Shown here: positions 9,871 through 18,997 of the stretch, piece after piece
Position numbering within the stretch: position 1 is the first letter of the stretch
How the letters are laid out: each line of letters begins with the position of its first letter
DNA from: Gammaproteobacteria bacterium
GTDB taxonomy: Bacteria; Pseudomonadota; Gammaproteobacteria; Eutrophobiales; Eutrophobiaceae
NCBI GenBank assembly: GCA_030835405.1
Contig: JAURPG010000106.1
Coordinates: 6,067 to 70,066 of the forward strand
Reading direction: 5' to 3'
DNA: 64,000 nucleotides
The notes under the pieces: generated by a model
Databases searched by the model: none
The model's input: the letters and a program-made list of their open reading frames with translations, nothing else
Told to the model about the DNA's origin: nothing
Made by a program: the position numbers and the translations under genes

Positions 9871-11277
9871 ATGCCTGACTTAATCCTGACACACGGTTAT
9901 TTCCTGTGTGAAGACCCAAAAGAACAGGAAATTATGAAACCATATGCCCCTCTGGGCCTGATGTATTTGTCTGCATATCTAAAGGGCAAAGGATTTAATG
10001 TCGAAATTTTTGATTCGATGTTTTCAAATCGAGAAACGCTGGAAGAATTTCTCAGAAATAATGCCAATGGTGTCCTTGGCATATATACAAATTTAATTAC
10101 CCGGTCGAGCGTACTCAATATTATTTCAATGGCAAAAAAACATGGATTTCAAGTCATTCTTGGCGGCCCTGAATCTGCAAACTATCCGCAAGAATATCTG
10201 AATCATGGTGCCGACGTGATTGTCCTGGGAGAAGGAGAACAGACCCTGGAAAAACTATTACCTGCCATTCAGAATCCCGGTTCGGCAGGCCTTCAGGCTG
10301 TTGATGGTATCGTTTTTAAAGATAAATCTGGTAACCTGATCACTACTAATCCGAGAATATCACCCAATGATCTTGCTATTTACCCCTGGCCCGACAGGGA
10401 ATCCATAGATATAAGGAAATATCTGCAGGTCTGGCGTGATCATCATGGGCTTGGCAGTATCAGTATGATTACTGCAAGGGGCTGTCCCTATCGTTGCACA
10501 TGGTGTTCCCATGCAGTTTACGGCTACAGCCATCGACGGCGTAAGCCGGCCGATTGTGCCAGTGAGCTTGACTACATCATGAATGAATATTCTCCGGATC
10601 AGATATGGTATGCGGACGATGTATTTACCATAAGCCATCCATGGTTATATGAGTATTCAGCCCAGTTAAAAAACAGGGGATTGAAAGTGCCGTTTGAAAC
10701 AATTTCCCGCGCAGACAGGCTAATGAAACCGGAAGTTTTGGACACGCTTGTAGAGATGGGTTGTGATCGAATCTGGATTGGCTCGGAGAGCGGCAGTCAA
10801 AAAATACTCGATGCAATGCAACGTGATGTGACAGTGGAGCAGATTCAGTGGGCCTCACATGAGCTGAAAAAAAGGGGGATAAAAGTCGGTATGTTTCTTA
10901 TGTGGGGTTACGGGAATGAAACACTTGAGGATATTGAAAAAACAGTGGAACACGTAAAAATTTCTGACCCGGATGTTTTTTTTACTACAATTGCCTATCC
11001 TATTAAAAATACGCCTTTTTATAACGAGTTCAGTGACAGCATAACAATGTCCGGAGATTGGGCTTCGGGTACGGATAGGGATTATAAAATATCAAATCAA
11101 CGGGGCCCTGAATATTATAAGGCTGCTGACATTCTGCTGTTTAATTCTGTTGAGGCTTCCCGTAATCAATATAGCGACCACAAAGAAAGTTTAATACATA
11201 AAAAACTTGCAGATGATGCAAGGTTATACTTACAGGAATATGAACGAAAGCACATCATCAATAAGACAGGTATTTAA
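9871..11277 (+). CDS. B12-binding domain radical SAM enzyme, a tandem paralogue of the upstream gene
   Basis: The architecture is the same: PYAPLGLMYLSAYLKGKGFNVEIFD followed by RGCPYRCTWC (CxxxCxxC). Blocks such as SPDQIWYADDVF match SPDHIWFMDDIF in the upstream paralogue. The gap to the upstream gene is 16 nt. Confidence 0.8.
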   Translation: MPDLILTHGYFLCEDPKEQEIMKPYAPLGLMYLSAYLKGKGFNVEIFDSMFSNRETLEEFLRNNANGVLGIYTNLITRSSVLNIISMAKKHGFQVILGGPESANYPQEYLNHGADVIVLGEGEQTLEKLLPAIQNPGSAGLQAVDGIVFKDKSGNLITTNPRISPNDLAIYPWPDRESIDIRKYLQVWRDHHGLGSISMITARGCPYRCTWCSHAVYGYSHRRRKPADCASELDYIMNEYSPDQIWYADDVFTISHPWLYEYSAQLKNRGLKVPFETISRADRLMKPEVLDTLVEMGCDRIWIGSESGSQKILDAMQRDVTVEQIQWASHELKKRGIKVGMFLMWGYGNETLEDIEKTVEHVKISDPDVFFTTIAYPIKNTPFYNEFSDSITMSGDWASGTDRDYKISNQRGPEYYKAADILLFNSVEASRNQYSDHKESLIHKKLADDARLYLQEYERKHIINKTGI

Positions 11278-12034
11278 TCAGCTTGCTGCACATTACGATA
11301 CGATATTTACAAATACCGATATTGGCAGGATGCTTCGACAACGTACACATGACCTGCTTAATGGAATGTTTACTCCGGGGCAAACAGTTCTTGTTCTAAA
11401 TTGTGGCACCGGTGAAGATGTTATTCACCTGGCCAGGCAGGGCATAAATGTTTTAGCATCGGATAACTCGGAAGAAATGATCAAGTTTGCAAAAATTAAA
11501 GTGAATCAAGCCGGTTTAAATCATATGGTTGAATTCAGGCAGATAAATTTTGATAAACTTGATTACAGCCTTTCCTCTGGAGAAACGTTTGACGGGATAA
11601 TATCTAATTTTGGTGGAATAAATTGCTCCTCAGACATATCGCAGGTAGTAAAAAATATTGCAGATTATCTGCGGCCGGGTGGCAAGCTCTACCTTTGTAT
11701 AATGGGGCAGTTCGTACCATGGGAGTGGTTATACCTGGGGGTAAGAGGGAAGTATAAGAGGATTTATCATAGATTCAGAGGTAGCTGTATATGGAGAGGA
11801 CAGGAAATAAAGTATTATTCCCCGGCTGAAATCGAGACGTATTTGTCGATACATTATCGATCTACTCAATGTAGTGGGCTTGGGTTTCTCATTCCTCCCA
11901 GTTATGCAGGAAAATTGTTCTCAAAATTCCCCCGTGTTTTTTATTTTTTGAACTGGGTTGAGAAACATTTAGAAACTTTTTTCCCAATTCCTTTGCTTAG
12001 TGATCACTTTGTTTTTAAATCAATAAGAAAGTGA
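11240..12034 (+). CDS. Class I SAM-dependent methyltransferase
   Basis: SAM motif I is VLVLNCGTGEDV, and a post-I acidic residue is present. The ORF is open from 11207, but the Met at 11240 avoids most of the overlap with the upstream gene. The stop overlaps the next start (ATGA). Confidence 0.7.
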   Translation: MNESTSSIRQVFNQLAAHYDTIFTNTDIGRMLRQRTHDLLNGMFTPGQTVLVLNCGTGEDVIHLARQGINVLASDNSEEMIKFAKIKVNQAGLNHMVEFRQINFDKLDYSLSSGETFDGIISNFGGINCSSDISQVVKNIADYLRPGGKLYLCIMGQFVPWEWLYLGVRGKYKRIYHRFRGSCIWRGQEIKYYSPAEIETYLSIHYRSTQCSGLGFLIPPSYAGKLFSKFPRVFYFLNWVEKHLETFFPIPLLSDHFVFKSIRK

Positions 12035-12954
12035 AACATTCCCGCGATTGGCAAGGAATATGTCCTGTCTGTAAATCAGAAATAGGAACCCTGACATGGC
12101 CGGGAAAGAATATTGATTGTGGTGATTGTCTGGAATCATTTAAATCAATAGAGGGGATTTATCAGCTTATACAACCAGGGCGTCTCAATGCCTATAAGCA
12201 GTTTCTGGACGATTATACCAGCATAAGAATTGCAGAAGGCCGGGGTGATCATGGCCATGATTACTATTGCCGACTGCCAGAGCCCACTGTGTCGGACCCA
12301 TTATCATGGCAATGGAAAATCAGAAGTAAGAGCTTCAAAACCCTGGTATCTGTACTGGATCTGGAATCTACCAGGCAACGCAGAATCCTTGATCTGGGTG
12401 CCGGAGTGGGGTGGTTGTGTCATCGTGTGGCATCATTGGGGCATTACCCCATAGCAATTGATATCAACATGGATGAAATGGATGGACTCAGGGCAGGAAG
12501 GTTTTATGACAGGAGCTGGCCCTGCATACAGGCTGAATTCGATAACTTGCCCATCCAGAATGAACAGGCAGATTTGGCCATATTCAATGCGAGCTTACAC
12601 TACAGCACAGACTATTACGGTACTCTGAAAGAAGCACTAAGGGTCCTGAGGGGGGATGGGCAGTTAGTGATAATCGATTCACCAATATACAGACGGCCCG
12701 ACAGTGGTATCAATATGAAGTTACAACGACACGAATTTTTTAATAAGGTATACGGTTTTAGATCTGACAGTATTGACAGTATTGAATTCCTGACCTGGGG
12801 AATGCTTGAAGAGTTGGAGAAAAAACTCGAAGTAAAATGGAGGATAATCAGGCCATGGTATGGATTACGATGGGCTATGCGCCCGCTGACATATGCAGTT
12901 AAAGAATCGCGCGAAGCATCAACATTTGCAATTTTAATGGGAACCCGGGCCTGA
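12031..12954 (+). CDS. Methyltransferase with an N-terminal 4-Cys zinc-ribbon (Trm112-like) domain
   Basis: The N-terminus has CPVC...CGDC. Downstream lies SAM motif I, ILDLGAGVGW. The gene is translationally coupled on both sides. Confidence 0.6.
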   Translation: MKHSRDWQGICPVCKSEIGTLTWPGKNIDCGDCLESFKSIEGIYQLIQPGRLNAYKQFLDDYTSIRIAEGRGDHGHDYYCRLPEPTVSDPLSWQWKIRSKSFKTLVSVLDLESTRQRRILDLGAGVGWLCHRVASLGHYPIAIDINMDEMDGLRAGRFYDRSWPCIQAEFDNLPIQNEQADLAIFNASLHYSTDYYGTLKEALRVLRGDGQLVIIDSPIYRRPDSGINMKLQRHEFFNKVYGFRSDSIDSIEFLTWGMLEELEKKLEVKWRIIRPWYGLRWAMRPLTYAVKESREASTFAILMGTRA

Positions 12955-13961
12955 TGAATAAATTGACATCCTTGCCTGCAAACGACGATATGGTTAAACA
13001 ACTACCAATCATGGTTTTAATGCTTAAATCAGATTGCAACTGTCGCTGCACGATGTGTGATATCTGGAAAGGAAATTCCAGCGAGTCACTGGAATATGAT
13101 GGTGTTAAGGATCTGGTGAAGCAACTTCAATCTCTAGATACACATGAGATTGTACTCAGTGGCGGCGAGCCATTGATGCACAGGGAAATCGAGTCGGTTT
13201 GCAGGTTATTGTCGACAATGAATTTCAGAGTCACCCTGATTACTACAGGATTGTTACTCAAACGTCATGCGCAATGGATTAGTAAATATATCGATCAAAT
13301 ATACATCAGTCTTGATGGACCAGAAAAAGTACATAATTCTATCAGGAACATTCCAGGTGCTTATGTAAAAATTAAAAAAGGTGTGGAAGCAGTCCGGCAT
13401 TACAGACCGGACATTAATATTGGAGCACGTTGTACCATACAAAAACAAAATTACAGGTATATCGGTGATACTGTCGATGCAGCCAGGGAGTTGGGTATGA
13501 ACACCATCAGTTTCCTGGCAGCAGATGTCAAGGCTGAAGTTTTTGGCAGGACCAGTGACTGGAAAGATAACGGGATTGCCCTGACCGGTACAGAGCTTTC
13601 TGAGCTTGAAGATATTCTTCAGCAATTTTTCATAAATTATAAAAATGATTTTGATTCAGGATTTATAGTTGAAGATAGAAATAAATTACAGACAAAACTA
13701 CTAGATTATTATCACGCCCTCAGTACGGACAGGAATTTCCCCGGGGTGGATTGTAACGCACCATGGGTTTCAGCAGTCGTAGAAACAAACGGAAAAGTAA
13801 GGCCCTGTTTTTTTCATAAACCCTATGATGAAGCTCTGGATAATAAATCCGTCAATGAGATCATTAATTCTGATACGGCAAAAAAATGGAGAAAAGAACT
13901 GGACGTCAAAACCAACGATATCTGTCGAAGCTGTGTTTGTTCGCTTTCGTATGGCGTATGA
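12954..13961 (+). CDS. Radical SAM enzyme with a C-terminal SPASM/twitch-like Cys cluster
   Basis: The rSAM cluster is CNCRCTMC (C-x3-C-x2-C). The C-terminal region has additional cysteines (C...C...CRSCVC) compatible with auxiliary Fe-S cluster ligation. Confidence 0.7.
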   Translation: MNKLTSLPANDDMVKQLPIMVLMLKSDCNCRCTMCDIWKGNSSESLEYDGVKDLVKQLQSLDTHEIVLSGGEPLMHREIESVCRLLSTMNFRVTLITTGLLLKRHAQWISKYIDQIYISLDGPEKVHNSIRNIPGAYVKIKKGVEAVRHYRPDINIGARCTIQKQNYRYIGDTVDAARELGMNTISFLAADVKAEVFGRTSDWKDNGIALTGTELSELEDILQQFFINYKNDFDSGFIVEDRNKLQTKLLDYYHALSTDRNFPGVDCNAPWVSAVVETNGKVRPCFFHKPYDEALDNKSVNEIINSDTAKKWRKELDVKTNDICRSCVCSLSYGV

Positions 13962-14039
13962 GCACACAAAATATTGTGCGGTTATTCGTCTGTAGAACGT
14001 GTCCGATAATTATAGCCTGCAACGATCAGTATTAAGTAT

Positions 14040-15230
14040 TTGTATTATTATTCATTAATCATATTGAGTCAGTTAGATTTGAGTCCGTCACTGAACATCG
14101 TTTTTATCACCCCGGGAGGTGTGGACAGGAGTGGCCGTGAAAGGGTCATACCACACTTTTTATGGCTGCTTGAAAAGCTCTCGTTAAATCATAATGTAAA
14201 AGTGATAAGTTTATTTCAGTATGATTCTGCCTGTGAATATTCACTTAACGGCATACAGATTTCTGTTCCCGGGAAGATACGGCAAGACTGGAAAACTGAT
14301 AAGGAACCCGGGACAGTATTGAATGATTTGTACGAAGCATGTATCGCATACCTGGATCCTGCTGAACCGGTTGACATTGTCCATGGCTTGTGGGGATTTC
14401 AGGCCGGTTGGATTGCCACCAGAATTGCATCTTCGTTAAAGATTCCTTCTGTAGTGAGTTTGATGGGAGCCGAGTTTGTATCTTTTCCGGACATCAAATA
14501 TGGTGGGCAGTACTGGGAACATCAACGGTTGACATTAAATGATACTTTAAAAAATGCCACTGCATTAACTGTTGCAAGTCACTTTATGCAAGATATGGCT
14601 TCCGCATACAGTATAGAAACTGATTACATACCTTTTGGCGTACATGAGTCCTGCTTTCAGGACAACGGGGCACTGGATATTCCAACCTGGCGACTCCTGA
14701 CTGTTGCGAGTATAAATAGAATAAAGGATTTTTTTACCTTGATTGAGGCCTTCAGGATAGTTGTTGATGAAATCAATGATGTTCAACTGGATATTATTGG
14801 TGAAGATGTCATGGATGAGGAAATACAGGCGTTATCTGACAGATTATGTCTGACTAATCATGTTAACTTTCATGGATTCCTGCCAAATGACGAGATACGG
14901 AAATATTTCCAGAGGGCACATCTGTATGTGGTTACCTCGATAAACGAAACCGGACCAATAGCCATGCTGGAAGCTGCGGCTTGTAAAGTAGCAACTGTGG
15001 GAACCAAAGTTGGATATGTATCTGACTGGGACGGTAAACGCTCACTGGCTGTGGAGTCCCAGAGCCCTGGTAAGCTTGCAGTGCAGATAATCTATCTGAT
15101 AAAGCACGAACCAGTCCGAAAAAATCTCGGTATGGCCGCATATAAATGGGTTCGGGAGTATGATGTAAACTGGACTTCTAACAGACTAACTAAACTTTAT
15201 CTTGACCTGATAAATAATCATATGGATTAA
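14040..15230 (+). CDS. Glycosyltransferase family 4 (group 1); the true start is probably downstream of the annotated ATG
   Basis: The C-terminal region has ETGPIAMLEAAACKVATVGT, the E-x7-E GT4 signature. The first 15 or so codons (MYYYSLIILSQLDL...) look non-coding. A TTG near IVFITPGG is a plausible alternative start. Confidence 0.65.
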   Translation: MYYYSLIILSQLDLSPSLNIVFITPGGVDRSGRERVIPHFLWLLEKLSLNHNVKVISLFQYDSACEYSLNGIQISVPGKIRQDWKTDKEPGTVLNDLYEACIAYLDPAEPVDIVHGLWGFQAGWIATRIASSLKIPSVVSLMGAEFVSFPDIKYGGQYWEHQRLTLNDTLKNATALTVASHFMQDMASAYSIETDYIPFGVHESCFQDNGALDIPTWRLLTVASINRIKDFFTLIEAFRIVVDEINDVQLDIIGEDVMDEEIQALSDRLCLTNHVNFHGFLPNDEIRKYFQRAHLYVVTSINETGPIAMLEAAACKVATVGTKVGYVSDWDGKRSLAVESQSPGKLAVQIIYLIKHEPVRKNLGMAAYKWVREYDVNWTSNRLTKLYLDLINNHMD

Positions 15231-15313
15231 ACTGGGTGTCACATAGTATTCAAGCAGTGGTAACAGTTCATTACCTTATTTTTCACAAATATATTTAAAA
15301 CGTTTAATCAGGC

Positions 15314-15338
15314 AGGGAGAATGGGACCCTCTCCCTTT
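15314..15338 (+). terminator. Candidate intrinsic terminator hairpin downstream of the GT4 gene
   Basis: A 7-bp stem agggaga/tctccct with a 9-nt loop is followed by TTTAT. Confidence 0.3.
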
Positions 15339-15526
15339 ATGTGAACCCGGAATTGCTTTGCATTTTAGATAGCACTTACTCGTAACAGGGACTAAAAGCA
15401 AGATGGAAAAACTGATTTTTAGAGGTCTTTAGCGGGATAATCCCTGTCTGTTTCAATGGTAATTAACTATATCTATGATATACAATGATTTACACTCAAT
15501 TGGCATTATGAATCGGGATAGCTAAT

Positions 15527-16462
15527 TTGAAAACACATAATATTCTTGTCCTTTTGACTGCTTGTGCAATATTGTCCTTGTTCTTGCCAGATGTCGCCTA
15601 TGCCCAGGCAACGCAGAATCAGGCAGGCACATATATCGGCACCCAGGTTTGTTCGTCCTGCCACAATGACCTTTCAGATCACTGGTCCCATACAGTGCAT
15701 TCAAAGATTTTCATGAATAACCCGGGAAATGAAATTGAGCGCCGGGGCTGTGAATCATGCCATGGCCCCGGCTCAGAGCATATAATAGATCCAACGGCGG
15801 TGGATAAAATAATCAGGTTTTCCCAAAATGCACCAAGCCCAACCGGGGAACAGAATCGATCATGTCTCCAGTGTCATGCCGGCGGAAATCGAATCCACTG
15901 GTCAAGCTCAATACACGAAAGTAATGATTTGGCCTGCGCTGATTGTCATAACCCGATGGCAAACTTCTCCTCTGTTAATCTACTGGTGCAAAACAATATT
16001 AATGAGACCTGTTTCATGTGTCACAAGGAACAACGTAGCCAGTTTAACAGGCGATCACATATGCCGTTGAATGAAGGTAAAATGTCATGCACTGACTGCC
16101 ATAACCCCCATGGCAGTAATACGGATAGCCTGCTGAAAACTGATAATGTGAATCAGACCTGTTTTCAATGCCATGCGGAAAAAAGAGGTCCTTTCCTCTT
16201 TGAACATGCCCCGGTAACCGATAATTGCCTGAACTGCCATGAACCCCATGGTTCGAACCATGAAAAATTACTGCTTACAGCCCGCCCAATGTTATGTCAG
16301 CAGTGCCACACATCCATCGGGCATATGAATGACCTGTTTACATCAGGAAATCTTGCAACGGGTAGTCGCCCGGACATACGCCTAATTGGGAGAAGTTGCC
16401 AGAATTGTCATACGCAGATCCATGGATCCAACCATCCGGCAGGATCAAAATTCCAACGGTAG
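15527..16462 (+). CDS. Periplasmic decaheme c-type cytochrome of the MtrA/MtoA/PioA family
   Basis: Ten CxxCH haem-binding motifs are spread over 311 aa (CSSCH, CESCH, CLQCH, CADCH, CFMCH, CTDCH, CFQCH, CLNCH, CQQCH, CQNCH). A signal peptide is present. The apparent start codon is TTG. Confidence 0.8.
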   Translation: MKTHNILVLLTACAILSLFLPDVAYAQATQNQAGTYIGTQVCSSCHNDLSDHWSHTVHSKIFMNNPGNEIERRGCESCHGPGSEHIIDPTAVDKIIRFSQNAPSPTGEQNRSCLQCHAGGNRIHWSSSIHESNDLACADCHNPMANFSSVNLLVQNNINETCFMCHKEQRSQFNRRSHMPLNEGKMSCTDCHNPHGSNTDSLLKTDNVNQTCFQCHAEKRGPFLFEHAPVTDNCLNCHEPHGSNHEKLLLTARPMLCQQCHTSIGHMNDLFTSGNLATGSRPDIRLIGRSCQNCHTQIHGSNHPAGSKFQR

Positions 16463-16483
16463 TATCCATATCAAATTCATCAG

Positions 16484-18973
16484 ATGAAAATTAACGTCCA
16501 TATATGTAAATTTCCCATTCATGCATTGATATGTATTATTTTAACACCCGGGTTACTTCAATCTGCTGAGTTACCGGAAAGATCAAATCATCTCAATTCC
16601 GGGGTATCTTCGAAAGGGAGCCTGGTGGCAAAGAGTGACTTTAACAAGTTCCAGGAAAGATTAAGAACTCCCGGTGGTTTTCTGATACCCGATGCCCCTG
16701 AACAGCAGTCCTTAAAATCTGTCTCTGACAGTGAGTGGTTATATTCACTATCTATTAATGCCGGGTACATTAATGCTTCCGGTAATGAAAATTCTGCCCA
16801 GTTTAAAGAATACGGGGACTGGGATAATGGACTCGTTTTGAAACGATTTTCAGGTGTACTTGAAAATCCCGGGACTGCCCACTACTTCAAGTTAGGCGGT
16901 GGGAGTTTGGGCAGAAACGATCAGTTTTTGAATTTTTCTTCCGGTAAATATGGAAAATATAATTTTTCCCTGGCGTTTGATGCTACGCCTCATGATTTTG
17001 CAAATAATGCCCAGGTGCTTTGGGATGGCGCAGGAAGCAATATCCTTACATTGCCAGACGGCCTCGTCCCCGGAAACAGTACGGCAGCAGATGTCACTAT
17101 GGCGCTTCAGGTGATTGATGGTTCTGATATAAAACTTGAAAGGGACAAGCTCAGTGTTGCTTTTGACGTCGATTATCTACCAACTCTGAATTTCCATGCT
17201 GAGGGTTCTGTCGAATGGCGGGATGGTGGCAGGCCTATTGGTGGAGGATTTTCCTATCCTGGTTCCGGCCAGGTCACTGAAATAATTGAGGCGATAGATT
17301 ACACGACCTATGAAATCAATTTAGGTCTCGCATACAGCGGTACAGGCAGGCAGCTGAATTTTTCGTATACGGGATCCCTGTTCGTAAATAATTACAGCGC
17401 CCTGACGTGGGAAAATCCAGGCGTTTCACCGTTTACGGCATATGCACCGCGAAGGGGCCGTTATGCGCTTGCACCTGACAACGAGTTTCATAATTTTAGA
17501 GGTGATTTTGTAACCAAATTACCATTCTGGAATAGTAGGTTAACTGTAGTGTCATCGTATTCTATTTCAAGCCAGAATGATCTATTGATTCCTCCAACAA
17601 TCAGCTCTGGAACGATTACAAGCGGGCCCAGTACCATTAATCTCAATCTTTGGAATACGGTTGAGGCACTTTCCACAGACAGGGCCAATGCAGAAATAAG
17701 AAATTTGAATTTACAGTCAAGAATTATTTTAAACCCTGTCAGGAAAATAAGGTTAAGGGGCGAAGTAAAATATACTGATAGGGACAACAGGACAGATTAT
17801 ACAGCATTAAATCCACTTACCGGGGAGTATGGATATATTGTAATGGATGGTGGCCTGGATGCATTAGCACCATCCCTGACAGGTATTTATAATCCTTTAC
17901 GTCCGGGAAGCCGGGTCAGGTTTAAAAATATTCCTTTTGACAAAGACACATTCCTGATTACTGCAGGGGTGGATTACCTGGTGACCAATAAACTGAAGAT
18001 GGGTTTGAGATATTATCGGGACCATCAGGATTATCGTCACAGGGAAGTGGATAAACTAATCGAGGACAGAATTAAGCTTAACCTTGTTTATCGGGACCGT
18101 AAAATAGGCACGCTCAGGACGTCATATGAATACCGTGACAGGGATAGTGATGGTTATAATTTTAACCCGTACGAGGAATTCTATACTTCGTCGTTACCTG
18201 CTTATATACCTCGCCTTGCAGATGGCGATGATCCTCATACGTTGAGTGATTTGCGGAAGTATGACGTCGCAAGCAGAAAGAAACATACATTAAAAGGCAA
18301 ATACAATTCTATCATTGTTGAAAATCTTGATCTTACACTAACCGGTCAATATTCAGATGAAAATTTTGATGCACAGTATGGATTAAGGGAAAAAGATTCA
18401 TTATCTGCAAACCTGGATTTGAACGTATATATGGGTTTAAATAAAAGTATATATGCTTATTACTCATTTCAATCCAGCAAAAGTTATTATGCAAATATAA
18501 ATAATGCAGGCGGGGCATTTTCTGATCCATTTGCCGGTGGACCCCGGTATCCTCTGGATCGTGCGTGGACTGGAAGTGCGAGGGAAAAAAACAATAGCAT
18601 TGGGGCAGGGATTAATTTTGGTGTTGACGATGTATTAATTAATCTGAGTTATACGTACATCAGGTCCAGGTCCAGGTTTCAATATAATTTTAATTCAACT
18701 GCAGCTTTTAATAATACATTAACCGAACAGGAAGTTGGCACCGGGTTTCCCGACCAGATATTCAGCAATCATCACCTGCAATCAAACATAACGTGGTCGG
18801 TTCGAGAAAATACAAAACTGAATTTTCTCTACAGGTATGAGACTGAAAAAGTAAGTGATTTTCATTACCAGGGGATAACAAATTCTATTGTTGATGACTC
18901 AATTCTGTTGCTTGCCTTGCCGGAAAATTTTAATAGTCATGTGGTAGGGTTATTTATTGAGAACAATTTTTGA
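16484..18973 (+). CDS. Outer-membrane beta-barrel porin of the MtrB/MtoB/PioB family, sheath for the decaheme cytochrome
   Basis: It is 829 aa and lies 21 nt downstream of the decaheme gene. It has a signal peptide, the alternating hydrophobic/aromatic composition of beta-barrels rich in Y/N/G/S/T, and a C-terminal ...IENNF ending in an aromatic residue as outer-membrane proteins typically do. Confidence 0.65.
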   Translation: MKINVHICKFPIHALICIILTPGLLQSAELPERSNHLNSGVSSKGSLVAKSDFNKFQERLRTPGGFLIPDAPEQQSLKSVSDSEWLYSLSINAGYINASGNENSAQFKEYGDWDNGLVLKRFSGVLENPGTAHYFKLGGGSLGRNDQFLNFSSGKYGKYNFSLAFDATPHDFANNAQVLWDGAGSNILTLPDGLVPGNSTAADVTMALQVIDGSDIKLERDKLSVAFDVDYLPTLNFHAEGSVEWRDGGRPIGGGFSYPGSGQVTEIIEAIDYTTYEINLGLAYSGTGRQLNFSYTGSLFVNNYSALTWENPGVSPFTAYAPRRGRYALAPDNEFHNFRGDFVTKLPFWNSRLTVVSSYSISSQNDLLIPPTISSGTITSGPSTINLNLWNTVEALSTDRANAEIRNLNLQSRIILNPVRKIRLRGEVKYTDRDNRTDYTALNPLTGEYGYIVMDGGLDALAPSLTGIYNPLRPGSRVRFKNIPFDKDTFLITAGVDYLVTNKLKMGLRYYRDHQDYRHREVDKLIEDRIKLNLVYRDRKIGTLRTSYEYRDRDSDGYNFNPYEEFYTSSLPAYIPRLADGDDPHTLSDLRKYDVASRKKHTLKGKYNSIIVENLDLTLTGQYSDENFDAQYGLREKDSLSANLDLNVYMGLNKSIYAYYSFQSSKSYYANINNAGGAFSDPFAGGPRYPLDRAWTGSAREKNNSIGAGINFGVDDVLINLSYTYIRSRSRFQYNFNSTAAFNNTLTEQEVGTGFPDQIFSNHHLQSNITWSVRENTKLNFLYRYETEKVSDFHYQGITNSIVDDSILLLALPENFNSHVVGLFIENNF

Positions 18974-18997
18974 ACTAATTTGAAATTATTATAATAA

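Noticed and set aside
8421-11277. Assigning the twin B12-rSAMs as hopanoid methylases HpnP/HpnR (given the HpnN/HpnM-like pair at 39.5-42.8 kb)
   Set aside because: No squalene-hopene cyclase or other hpn genes are in the window, and the two loci are 28 kb apart with unrelated context. The class-B rSAM fold alone is not diagnostic.
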